A stretch of 64,000 bases of DNA, taken from Felis catus. Taxonomy: Eukaryota. Where the stretch lies: positions 62,868,001 through 62,932,000 of the forward strand of contig NC_058384.1 of assembly GCF_018350175.1 (NCBI RefSeq), in the 5' to 3' direction. Under the pieces are notes generated by a model. It was not told the DNA's origin. It worked only from the letters and a program-made list of their open reading frames with translations, and made no database searches. The position numbers and the translations under genes are program-made. Positions within the stretch are counted from its first letter, which is position 1. Each line of letters starts with the position of its first letter. This document shows positions 53,199-64,000 of the stretch, in pieces.

Positions 53199-53949
53199 GG
53201 GGCACCTGGCTGGCTCAGTCAACGGCACGTGCAACTCTTGATCTTGGGGCTGTAGGTTTGAGCCTCACACTGGATATAGAGAATTCTTTAAATTTTTTTT
53301 TAATGTTTATTTATTTCTGAGACAGAGCATGAGTAGGGGAGGGGCAGAGAGAGAGGGAGACACAGAATCCGAAGCAGGCTCCAGGCTCTGAGCTGTCAGC
53401 ACAGAGCCCGACGCAGGGCTTGAACTCACAGACTGCGAGATCATGACCTGAGCCGAAGTCGGACGCTCAACCGACTGAGCCACCCAGGCATCCCATTTTT
53501 TTTTTAGTTTTTTTAACTGTTTATTTTCAAGAGACAGAGAGAGAGAGAGCATGAGTGGGGGAGAGGGGCAGAGAGAGAGAGAATCCGAAGCAGGTTCCAG
53601 GCTCCGAGGTGTCAGCACAGAGCCTGACTTGGGACTCGAACTCAAACTCACGAGCTGTGAGATCATGACCTGAGCCGAAGTCAGATGCTTAACTGACTGA
53701 GCTACCCAGGTGCCCGAGAATTCTTTAAAAAAATTTTAAGTAAAGAGGGGTGCCTGGATGGTTCAGTCGGTTAAGCATCTGACTCCTGGTATCAGTTCAG
53801 GCCACGATCTCGTAGTTGTGGGACTGAGCCCCGCATCGGACTCTACGCTGAGCACCGAGCCTGCTTAGGATTTTTTTTTTCCCTCCCTCTCCTTCTACCC
53901 CTCCCCTGCTGTCACGCTATCTCAAAATTAATGTTTAAAACAAAAAAAA
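53199..53949. mobile_element. Cluster of four Can-SINEs (+ 53199-53290; - 53292-53495; - 53496-53716; + 53747-53949)
   Basis: Four heads; the minus pair is bounded by TSD gagaattctttaaa. Confidence 0.9.
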
Positions 53950-54731
53950 GCAGCTACTGAACTTGCCTTTCCAAGAAGCCACTTCTTCTGATGGCAAAAC
54001 ACACTTTTCCTGTGGTCATCCCTTATTTACGGTGACTATCACAGTATGGTAGTTGACAGGGCTGGTGCCCAGGAGTGTAGGAGAGGGACTCGCATTCAAA
54101 TCCTCTCGACCATTTCATCCAGGAAGGCTTGCCCTACTGCACCTTCTAAGGATCTGTGGATTTAGGGCTCAACAATGCACGGAATTTGAGTATTTTTTTC
54201 CACCTATTAGTTTTATTTCTCCAGATTCTGCCCATAATACATACAGAAATCATATACCAGGCACTGGGGACACAAATGTGACTTATGATCTCCTTGGCCA
54301 AAGAAACAAGTCAACCATTAGGAGAGAATCTGTGGAGATGAATCAATGTCAATTCATTAAATCATCAGTCGTCAACTATTGTGCAATGGGTAGCACAGAG
54401 CTTCCAGAGAAACATTTCTTTTTCTTGGAAATGTCCACAAACACCAGATTTATCATTGGTGGAGTGAAAAGTTCAGTGGGACGAGGTCAGGCCCTCAGGT
54501 TCTGTTCTTGATTCTGCCATAGGAAAGCAGAGATACCGTGGATGAAATCCTCGGCTCTGCCCCTCAATTATTCCACACAAACCCCCAATTATATGTGCCT
54601 CTATTTTAAGAAAACCTACTAACTGAAACACTGAACTTCTTAAAACAAGAGATTGAATACCCTTCAATTTACTCTACAAAAGGCCTCTTCACTTGACGAT
54701 ACTCTGTTTACCCTTTACGCAGCAGGGAGGC

Positions 54732-55233
54732 CAGGGTCTGGGAGACGGGATGCGGCACACAAGAGCTCTGGAAGCCTGCAGAGCCAACCCTAGCCTTGGA
54801 TCAACGGCCTTGACCCTGTCACTTTCATCCCTTTGTACTCTGTCCCCTCGCCCGTAAAATACCAGAGCTGACTCAGAACCTAAATCTTACATGACCCCGG
54901 GGTCCCTTCCCACACGAACGCTCAGAGGCTCTTGTATCCTTCCCGTTTCTTCAACAGACCATCCCCCCTTTCCTGGTGAAGTCACATCCCAGTTACCTAA
55001 TGTCCACATCCTGGCAGACGGATCAATCCGAGCAAACAGCCAGAACACAACAGGACTGCACGTGGCGCTCACCACGTCCCCGGCTGTGGAGGTGCCCGCT
55101 CTCTGAGGCGTGGGAGGTGGGAACTTGTGTTCTTTCTTCCCTTAACTGTTCATCAATATGCTGCTCAAGCATAACCACCCTTAAGCAGCATTTATTTGTT
55201 ACTTGTCCTATGTCCTCAAATATTTACACCTTT
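54732..55233 (+). repeat. Inverted duplication, left arm (502 bp)
   Basis: Reverse complement of 59591-60092; 14 substitutions and no indels by manual alignment. Confidence 0.97.
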
Positions 55234-55309
55234 GGCTACTCCGTGGGGAGGAAAACCCCTTTGAACAATCTCAGCAGTGTGGCCTATTGTAGAGGAAACA
55301 AAAAGATGG

Positions 55310-56490
55310 CATCCCGGTTTGGAGAAAATGGCGGCAACGGTGACCATATTTTTTGGGCCCTCCACGATCCTGAAAACTCAACTCCAACAGGGCCAACAGA
55401 AGACCACTCACTGAAGACCACAGAAGTGGAGAACTACAGCAGTTGTCAGGGGCCGACAGCAAGGTCTGAAGGCAGGGGCAGCCCAGCCCCTGTAAACGCT
55501 CAATTGACTCACCAGGACTGGATCCCGCAGGGAGGAGAAACCATCTGGAGCAGAATCGAAATTGAGCGGGACAGGTAACAGGGACAAAGGAAAGAAAAAG
55601 GTTCAGAGAGAGAGAGAGAAGGAACAGAGACACCACATGTTCTAATCTAAATGAAATTGGAAAAGGAACTGTGAAGTCAGAAATCCTCCTGAACTTACCA
55701 TCCTCTTAAAAGTTAAGGAAAACAGGGGCGCCTGGATGGCTCAGTCGGTTACGTGTCCAACTCTTGATTTCAGCTCAGGTCACGATCTCACAGTTGCTGG
55801 ATCGGGCCCCACAGTGGGTTCCACACTGAGCATGGAGCTTGTTTAAGATTCTCCCTCTCAAAATAAACATTTTTTTTTTAATTCAGGAAAACATGTTCAT
55901 AATAAAAATTAATGAAAGTATCAGAGTCAACTCCATAGGCAGTTCTGAAAGAAAAAGAGTAAGGACCAAAATACCTCTGGAGATGTGGGACAATGAAAAC
56001 ACGCCAAAAAGACATTCAAGAAACATTAAAATGTAACATCATTTCAAAATGAGCTAAAAATACTGTAAATTATGCAAGACATGAAAACAAATTAGAATTA
56101 TGAAAATTCAAAAGTGACTAAATTGAAGGAAGAATCAAAAAAAATTTTTTTAATCATTCTAGAAATGAAAACTCAACTAGAAAGAATAAAAAATAAATCT
56201 GACAAAAGGCCTGGAAAGTCAGGAACATACTCAAATGAAAAACACAGAAAGATCAAAGGGATTTGAAAGTGGCAAGTACCGAAAACGGGCAAAGAAGAAC
56301 CAATATAGGGATAAGAGGGGCTCTTGCAAAACAAAATAAACCAAAGCAAGGGAACAGAATTCTGAGAATAGTAATTCATGAAAACTTCCCCCCCCAAAAT
56401 ACATATATCGAAAACTTATGAAGAGCATACTATGTATCTGTGAACACAAACTCAGAGTAAAGACATATTCTAAGAAAACTAGAAGGCATG
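55310..56490 (+). mobile_element. Old L1 5' UTR/ORF1 relic
   Basis: YY1-type start ccggtttggagaaaatggcggc; A-rich ORF1-like tract gaaaacttccc..agacatattcta. Confidence 0.55.
55725..55880 (+). mobile_element. Can-SINE
   Basis: Head; TSD aggaaaaca. Confidence 0.9.
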
Positions 56491-56674
56491 TCTATACCTG
56501 GGAATATTGTCCCATGCATGAGCTTTTCCTCAGGATCCTAGAGAATGAACTTCAGAGGACCTAATGACGAGACGCATGGATAGAAGTATCCAAAGTATTA
56601 ACCAAGCAGTTATAAAGGAATAAGGCTAAGTGAGGCTTAAAAGGGTCTATTACAATGTGCAACGACTATGCAAT

Positions 56675-57115
56675 GGTATTCGCTTCCTATGGCTGCGATG
56701 ACAAATTATCACAAATGTGGTAGCTTAGAATGACAGAAGCATATTCTGCTATAGGTCTGGAGGCCACAAGTCCAAAATCAGTTCCACTTGACCGCAATCA
56801 AGGTGCTGGCATGCCGTCCCCCTCTCCAAGGGTTCTAGAGGAAAACTCCATTCCTTACTCTGCCAGCTTCTGGTGGCTGCATCACTGGGTCTCTGTCTCC
56901 AGGATCACATGGTTCTTCCCTTTCTGTGAATCATCTGTCTCTGCTTCCTCCTTCTAAGGACATCTTTGGTGGCATCTGGAGCCCACCCAGATAATCCAGG
57001 ATAACGTCCCCTCTCGACATCCTCCTTCCTCACCTCTGCAATCTCTGCCATTTATGGGTGCTAGGGATTAGGACCTGGACACCGTGAGGGGCCACAGGTT
57101 ATTCAGCCAACCACA
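56675..57115 (-). mobile_element. MLT1(C/D)-like MaLR solo LTR
   Basis: Reverse complement starts TGTGGTTGGCTGAATAA..tgtccaggtcctaatccc; contains ggattatctgggtggg; ends tttgtca..gcagccataggaa..aatac. Confidence 0.82.
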
Positions 57116-57231
57116 ATGATCTAGGGCAGCCATTCTCTTCAATGGTGGAGGACGGGGATGGCATAGGAAAACAAGGTTTTTTAATGTTTTCAGCATAACA
57201 ACTGATGCTGGTCTTAATATTGCTATTCTGA

Positions 57232-57461
57232 GGGGCGCCTGGGTGGCGCAGTCGGTTAAGCGTCCGACTTCAGCCAGGTCACGATCTCGCGGTCCGTGAG
57301 TTCGAGCCCCGCGTCGGGCTCTGGGCTGATGGCTCAGAGCCTGGAGCCTGTTTCCGATTCTGTGTCTCCCTCTCTCTCTGCCCCTCCCCCGTTCATGCTC
57401 TGTCTCTGTCCCAAAAATAAATAAACGTTGAAAAAAAAAAATTAAAAAAAAAAAAAAAAAG
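57232..57461 (+). mobile_element. Young felid Can-SINE
   Basis: Near-consensus, CpG-intact, long polyA; TSD attgctattctga. Confidence 0.96.
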
Positions 57462-57651
57462 ATTGCTATTCTGAGACGGCAGACTGGGTATTATGGGATA
57501 GGGCAAATGAGTAATTCCAGGATACTCCATTCCATCGTTCCCTATGCTCTTGAGAACCAGAAAGTGGTGTGGCAGAAAGAACAGAGGAAATACAGAAGAG
57601 GTTAAGTAGAAACCTCGTAGTCTTGAGTTGTAGTTGAAAATAGGAGTATGT

Positions 57652-57868
57652 GGGGCACGTGGGTGGCTCAGTCAGTTGAGTGTCCGACTTCGGCTCAGGC
57701 CACGATCTCACAGTTCGTGGGTTCGAGCCCCGCGTCGGGCTCTGTGCTGACAGCTCGGAGCCTGCAGCCTGCTTCGGATTCTGTGTCTCCCTCTCTCTCT
57801 GCCCCTAACCCACTCACATTGTCTCTCTCTCAAAAATAAACAAACATTAAAAAATAACTAAAAAAAAA
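57652..57868 (+). mobile_element. Can-SINE
   Basis: Head; TSD aataggagtatg. Confidence 0.94.
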
Positions 57869-58536
57869 GAGAATAGGAGTATGAACTCACAAGTATGTTT
57901 AGATCTGTCACATTCATTCTTGTGCTCTGTCTTTATATACCAGATTCAAGTCTGAAGCAGAAAATGTATCAGGAGTCAAAGAGAGGAGAAGGGCAAGAAA
58001 GCAGGGGACGGGGGTGGAAACTATCGGCCCTCATCATGGTGACACACAACACAGAAAGGCAAATACTTTGGCCTACAGACTTGGGTACTCTGGCTTCGCC
58101 ACCGTGTGGGTGGACACCTCAGAGCCCCTAGGTCTGCCATCAAACAGATCAACCCGCCTTCTGACGGAGAAGGTGGCCCCTTGAACCCCCACCCTCTTAC
58201 CTGCAAGGAGGCAAGCGCTGGGCATATCCAGTCACTGATTCAATTACGCATCTCATCGTAAACCCACAAAAAGGCATTCTGGTCCAATAAATCAGCTTGT
58301 CAATCTGAATAACCTAGGCCTGCTCATACACGTGCCTCACTGCGTCTACATCGGTTCTCCCGGCTGCACGCGGCCGTCACCTGGGAGCTTTTAAAATCAC
58401 AGTGATGGAGGGACACCCGGGTGGCTCAGTCAGTTAAGCATCTGACTTCAGCTCAGGTCGTGATCTCACGGTTTTTTTCAAGCCCCACGTTCGGCTCTGC
58501 ACTGACAGTGTGGAGCCTGCTTGGGATATTCGCTCT

Positions 58537-58794
58537 NNNNNNNNNNNNNNNNNNNNNNNNNNNNNNNNNNNNNNNNNNNNNNNNNNNNNNNNNNNNNNNN
58601 NNNNNNNNNNNNNNNNNNNNNNNNNNNNNNNNNNNNNNNNNNNNNNNNNNNNNNNNNNNNNNNNNNNNNNNNNNNNNNNNNNNNNNNNNNNNNNNNNNNN
58701 NNNNNNNNNNNNNNNNNNNNNNNNNNNNNNNNNNNNNNNNNNNNNNNNNNNNNNNNNNNNNNNNNNNNNNNNNNNNNNNNNNNNNNNNNNNNNN
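58537..58794. other. Assembly gap (N run)
   Basis: Ns. Confidence 1.
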
Positions 58795-58940
58795 TTATAT
58801 GTATATATTATACATTTATATATTATATACATGTTATATATGTTCATATATTATATATATGGTTATATATACTATATGAGTGCTATATAAACATATGTTT
58901 TTATATATTATAAATCTTTATTTTATGTATGTTATACATC
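58795..58940. repeat. AT-rich (TA)n-like low-complexity tract
   Basis: Read directly. Confidence 0.9.
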
Positions 58941-59590
58941 TAGTAAAATAAACTTACAGTGACAGAGGAGTGCCAGGGTGGCTCTGTCAGTTAAGCGTCC
59001 GACTCGATTTTGGCTCAGGTCATGATCTCCTGGTTTGCAGGATTGAGCTCCGCATCAGGCTCCACACAGTCAGTGGCGAATCCTTGCTTGGGTTTCTCCC
59101 TCTCCCTCCCTCCCTCCCTCTCAAAATAAACACACACTAAAAATTAATAATAAAACAAAGTTACGGTGATGGAAAGACCCCAGCCCAGGAAGATGAAACA
59201 AGAAACTCTGGGGAAGCAGGATCTCTGCTTTGAAGAGCCTCACGTGATCCTGAGGTACAGCTGGGTGGCAAGGCCCTGTCATAATACAGGCCTAGGCTTC
59301 CGCGGCAGCAGGACCGAGGGCTAACCCCCGAGCAGAGGGCAGCGAGGCTGTGCCCTTGAAGGCCACGGCCCTGGCCCCCAGAGCTGTCAGCACCCGGAGG
59401 CCTCTTCCTGCATGAATTTCTGCAAAACCCAAGACCGAACTCAGTCTTTTTTTTTTTTTCTTCTTCTTCCATCTTCCTGCAGAATGTGACCCTGTACGGT
59501 TCTACAGGTTTTCAAAACTTCTCTTTTGACCGCATTAGGGACAACCCAACAACCATGACTTAAAGGGTCCCCCCCACCCAAGGAGGAATG

Positions 59591-60092
59591 AAAGGTGTAA
59601 ATGTTTGAGGACACAAGACAAGTAACGACTAAATGCTGCTTAAGGGTGGTTATGCTTGAGCAGCATATTGATGAACAGTTAAGGGAAGAAAGAACACAAG
59701 TTCCCACCTCCCACGCCTCAGAGAGCGGGCACCTCCACAGCCGGGGACGTGGTGAGTGCCACGTGCAGTCCTGCTGTGCTCTGGCTATTTGCTCGGATTG
59801 ATCCGTCTGCCAGGATGTGGACATTAGGTAATTGGGATGTGACTTCACCAGGAAAGGGGGGATGGTCTGTTGAAGAAACGGGAAGGATACAAGAGCCTCT
59901 GAGCGTTCGTGTGGGAAGGGACCCTGGGGTCATGTAAGATTTAGGTTCTGAGTCAGCTCTGGTATTTTACGGGCAAGGGGATAGAGTACAAAGGGATGAA
60001 AGTGACAGGGTCAAGGCCGTTGATCCAAGGCTAGGGTTGGCTCTGCAGGCTTCCAGAGCTCTTGTGTGCCGCATCCCGTCTCCCAGAGCCTG
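59591..60092 (-). repeat. Inverted duplication, right arm (502 bp)
   Basis: As above; ORFs 54891..55106(+) and 59718..59933(-) translate almost identically. Confidence 0.97.
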
Positions 60093-62314
60093 AGTACACC
60101 CTCGTGAAGAGGCACGTCACTCCCACACGGCACACCCAGTGCCCAAGCCCTCTCCCGAAGAAGAGGGGAGTCAGCAGCCTCCAGTGTGTGCTTCAGACAT
60201 GTGTGTCACGAGAAACACGTACAAGGCCCTGCTGGAAAAAGGAAATCATCATGAAATGCACCACGGGCAGGAGGCACCAGACGTCTGAAGGACGCTAAGG
60301 AGCAGCCTAACCTTGGCGAACTAAATCCGTGAATTCTGCGCCTGCTCACGTGTGTTTAGGGAGCAGCTACTACGTGCCAGGCCGTCTGCCAAAAATACAG
60401 AAGTTCAACCACCTCTTACGGAGCCTATGCTACGGACACAGACGACAGATTATATGTGAAATGGTGCTTAGCAATCCAAGGGAGGGCAGCAAAGCTGGGA
60501 GACCAGTGGAGAAACCAGGATTTGAGGAGGTAAGCCCCGCAAGCGGACCGTGGGGGGGATGCGTCCATCCCAGGTGCGCGAGAACCAAGAGAGCTTCGGG
60601 CCGCAGGCTGCATCACCTCAGCGGAAGAAAAAGGAGTCTCGTACCATAGAGATCTGCAGCATCTTGAAAGGGAAAGAAAGGCTGAGAGGGCAAAGCCAAA
60701 GCAGCACATTCTCTGTGCAAAAACCAACACAACCCAGACGGCAGCTGGGCCGGGCCAAAGAAGAGTTACTGGCAGCAAGAGTCACACTAGGGACCCCACG
60801 CCAGACACGGGCTTCCAGGGAAAGGTAAGGGGGAGCAGAGCCGGGCAAACCCAATGGTGTTGGCTTCATGCATCTGGTCACGATCAGTGGTGCACCTGCA
60901 ATGCGTCAGAAGCAAATCAAATATGGTGCTCGTTTCAGGATCGCACGCCCCCCCCCCAGTGGGTACCATGGGGGGTGGGGGAGGCCATAGAAGGCAGAAG
61001 TCCTTGCAGGACAGGCAGTGGTATTAACAGAAAGCCTTAGGGACACAAGGGGAGTTGCTAATACCCCTAACAACCTAATTAGCCTCGGGAACCCATTACA
61101 GACTTGTCACCAGAGACTTACACAATCCCTGTCTGAACTTCTCATGTTTCAGCAACTTCCACTCCCAAGAAAAGGCTGGCGGGAAGAAAGGGCCGCCCCT
61201 TTGCTGCGATGGCAGACTGTCCAGGGGCCGTGTTTTTACAGCCCTTGCGAGCATCCCACTCAGCGTTTCCCCGCATGTCACAAGGGGCTCGTACGGCCTC
61301 GGTCTCGTGCTCATCGCTTTGCCTCAACAGACCTTCAGGTGCCAAGTCTCTACAGCCTGACAACGTGCTCCCTCAATTCGGAGGTAGTGAAAGAGATCAG
61401 GAACTGCTCTAAGAAGTAGAGAATGCCACACGGGACCCGAGGACATCGGGCAGCTAAGGGCCTAACCCCTGGCGACCAGCTTAGGACCAGATACAGAGAG
61501 GAGGTACCTTAAACCACCTTTCCAGCTCATGCAGTTCAGGTATTAGAGGATCCTGCAAACAGGTGGCATCCAAAGCTTTGTCATGTGAGTTGTAACGATC
61601 CGATCCAAGTTCAGACTATTTAACTCTGCATCTTTTCCGATTCTCCTTCCCAAACATGGACTGGCCCAGAGGACACAATAGATGTTGTCTTTGTAGTTTC
61701 TCCTACATCTATCCCTTCATTTCCACGTGCCTCCCCCCCCTTAGTCATCCTGGTCCAGGTCCTACACCCGGGCTTTAGCAATGGCCCTCACTGCAATTTT
61801 TACAAACAGCTCTCATCCCTTTCCTCGTCCTAACACAGGACACCTGTGTGTGCATACATATACACACAGGTACACAGCTCATCCCCTAAAAATATTTTTT
61901 GCTCCCCAATGTTTACAAGATTAAGCCACATTGCTCAAGCCTCCTGGGATATAGGTCTTCCTACCTCAGTCATTTTTTCCTTTCCTTTTTTTTTTTTTTT
62001 TTTTTGTCTCTTTAAAAAAAGAAAAAAAATACTAAACCCTACCATATAAACCCTCCTCTCCCCTACCCCAACCACAGGACCACCCTTCCCTGCACTTACC
62101 TAAAATCTGCCCCTTCCCTTCATCGCTTTCACACGTGGTCGTTCCAAACCGAAAGATGCCTTGCGCCTCTTGGCAACTTCCGGAGTGGACCACGCGCCCT
62201 CGTTCCAGCCACTACCAGCTCTCATCTCGAGTACGTGATGAGCCACTCTCTGGTCCATTATAACCCACCCACCCCCTGCCACAACCCACTCCTCACAGAA
62301 CTAGTATCGTGACA

Positions 62315-62501
62315 TTTTTTTTTTAATATTTATTTTGAGAGAGGGAGAGAGCACACACATGAAAGCAGGGGAGAGACAGACAAGGGAGCGAGAGATCCCC
62401 AAGAAGGCTCCGCGCTATCAGCACACAGCCCGACACGGGGTTCCCTCTCACCAACCGCGAGATAATGACCTGACCCGAAATTAAGAGTCATTTAACGCCC
62501 C
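62315..62501 (-). mobile_element. Can-SINE (diverged)
   Basis: Reverse-complement body, T tail. Confidence 0.85.
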
Positions 62502-62699
62502 TGCAAGACCCCTTCCAAAGTCACAGACCAAGCCACTCACAGCTGCCTCTGAAAACTGTCCTGGGTAAGAATATAAACAGATAAGCTCTCCCCCAACACA
62601 GCAGAACCCACAGCTCATGAGGAAACCTCAGTGGAACATTCCTTTGGAAAAAGCAAGGCCTTGTTTTAGCAAATTCGTGGTCCAATTTTGTCTCAGATT

Positions 62700-62875
62700 T
62701 GGACATGGAGCCAGCGACCTTGGACAAGTCACCTAATACCGAGCCTTCAAAACCTCCACGGTAAAAGGGAGAAGAAAACGTCTATCATGCAGTGTAGTTC
62801 AAAGGATTAAATGAGAAAGCTTAGAAAACAGCTTGTAGAATACCCAGCACACAGTATGTGCTCAATACATAATCC
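62700..62875 (+). mobile_element. MIR fragment
   Basis: gaccttggacaagtcacctaa..ggattaaatgaga..cagcacacagta..tgctcaata. Confidence 0.75.
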
Positions 62876-63329
62876 TGCCATTACACCTGTCTTTCCATCT
62901 ACCCAGACCTCCCCATCTACATGGATTTCCCCTAAGTCACCATCTGGCCTTCTGACTCTCTGACCTCCACACCAAGCACTGTGCCCCAAAGACAGAAGCA
63001 CAATAAATACTTCCTATAGGACCGGATCAATTTCTACATCTGCATTTAGGAGCATGTATTTAGGGAGCCCAAGTTAGGTTCACAAAGGGCTAAACAGAGG
63101 GGAAAAAATAAATCTATGGAAGGAGAGTGAATCTAAGTACTATAAGGACTTGGGAGGGAGGACACGATGATTCATAAAGACCACCACTTGGGGAAGAGCC
63201 CAGGTCTTTCTGGTCTTTCCACCCAAACTGCCTTGGCCTGCTCCAGCGCTGACCCTGAGATTCTCAATTGTGCGTCTTGATTTGATCACAATCACCTCGG
63301 GAGCTTTACTGACGTCTGACAGGGTTATA

Positions 63330-63731
63330 GTTCCAGGCGTGCAAGTTGTTTCGACAATTCCATACCCCATGCTCACCAGGACAAGTGTGTTCACCATCTA
63401 ATCACCATGCAACTTTATCACAATACCATTGACTGTGTTCCCTCTGCCGCACTGCTCAGCTCTGACTTATTTTTTGTAACTAGAAGTTTGTACATCTTAA
63501 TCCCCATCACCTGTTTCACCCACCCACCTCTACCTCCCATATGGCAATCGCCAGTTTGTTCTCTGCATTTATGAAGCTACGTGTTGTGTTCTTTTCCAGA
63601 TTCCACATATAAGTGAAATCACATGGCATCTGTCTAACTCAGCACAATACCCTCCACGTCCATGTTGTCACAAAGGACAAGATCTCATCCCTTTTTTATA
63701 GCTGAGTTAATATTCCACCATATGTGTCCAT

Positions 63732-63771
<40 letters not shown>

Positions 63772-63790
63772 CTTCGTCATCCATTCATCT
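63330..63790 (-). mobile_element. L1MA-like 3' UTR fragment with (CA)n at about 63735-63769
   Basis: gtaactagaagtttgtac..ccagtttgttctctg..agattccacatataagtga..tttttatagctgag motifs. Confidence 0.8.
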
Positions 63791-63807
63791 TTTTGGTTTT
63801 TCTTAAT

Positions 63808-63843
<36 letters not shown>

Positions 63844-64000
63844 AGCAAACAGCTAGCAGGAGAGGGACAGAGAGGAGGAGAGAGCGAATCCCCAGCAGGC
63901 TCTGCACTATCCGCATGGAGCCCAATGCAGGACTCGAACCCATGAACCAGGAGATCATGACCTGAGCCAAAATCAAGCATCAGTCGTTTACCCGACTGAA
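63790..64000 (-). mobile_element. Can-SINE (cut by window edge) with (GA)n
   Basis: Reverse-complement body; GA tract at 63811-63841. Confidence 0.9.

Larger units (their letters stand above)
58410..59159 (+). mobile_element. Two tandem Can-SINEs (58410 to gap; 58967-59159) inside a MER5-like element
   Basis: Two heads; flanks tcacctgggagcttttaaaat..|..gtgatcctgaggtacagc are MER5-like. Confidence 0.82.
1372..64000 (-). other. NOS1AP: NOS1AP intron 1 (partial; exon 1 lies beyond the right edge)
   Basis: Lies upstream of the exon-2 acceptor. I found no exon-1 peptide (MPSKTKYNLVDD...FEAK) or promoter-type CpG island in the window. Large L1s are antisense to the gene, as expected in introns. 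Confidence 0.85.

Noticed and set aside
54887-55578. Apparently paralogous ORFs shared with 59441-59937
   Set aside because: They are a by-product of the DNA inverted duplication; similarity appears in all frames and stops at the arm boundary
1-64000. Prokaryotic-type systems (operons, CRISPR arrays, defence islands)
   Set aside because: The sequence is mammalian intron; there are no regularly spaced repeat-spacer arrays or gene-dense operons
105-64000. tRNA-like A/B boxes and recurring 'AQVMISRFVSSSP' ORFs
   Set aside because: These are tRNA-derived Can-SINE heads, not tRNA genes or proteins

Overview
This is mammalian DNA from a cat-family carnivore, judged by about 40 Can-SINE copies of the felid SINEC_Fc type. 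It is not microbial. The only coding sequence I can support is a 72-bp exon on the minus strand (1300-1371, [24 protein letters not shown]), which matches the PTB-domain start of NOS1AP/CAPON (exon 2); the ORF track misses it. Positions 1372-64000 are therefore most likely intron 1, and 1-1299 the start of intron 2. The intron is a mosaic of Can-SINEs, old L1s (the large ones antisense to the gene), MaLR/ERVL LTRs, MIR/L2 relics, DNA transposons, microsatellites and three N gaps. The listed ORFs are chance ORFs or L1/SINE translations. The most unusual structure is a 502-bp, ~97% identical, indel-free inverted duplication (54732-55233 and 59591-60092) around a 4.36-kb spacer. Next is a MEF2+AP-1+TEAD+CArG motif cluster at 45.07-45.52 kb. 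I see no evidence of a novel multi-gene system. Repeat family names are from recall of consensus sequences and boundaries are approximate.
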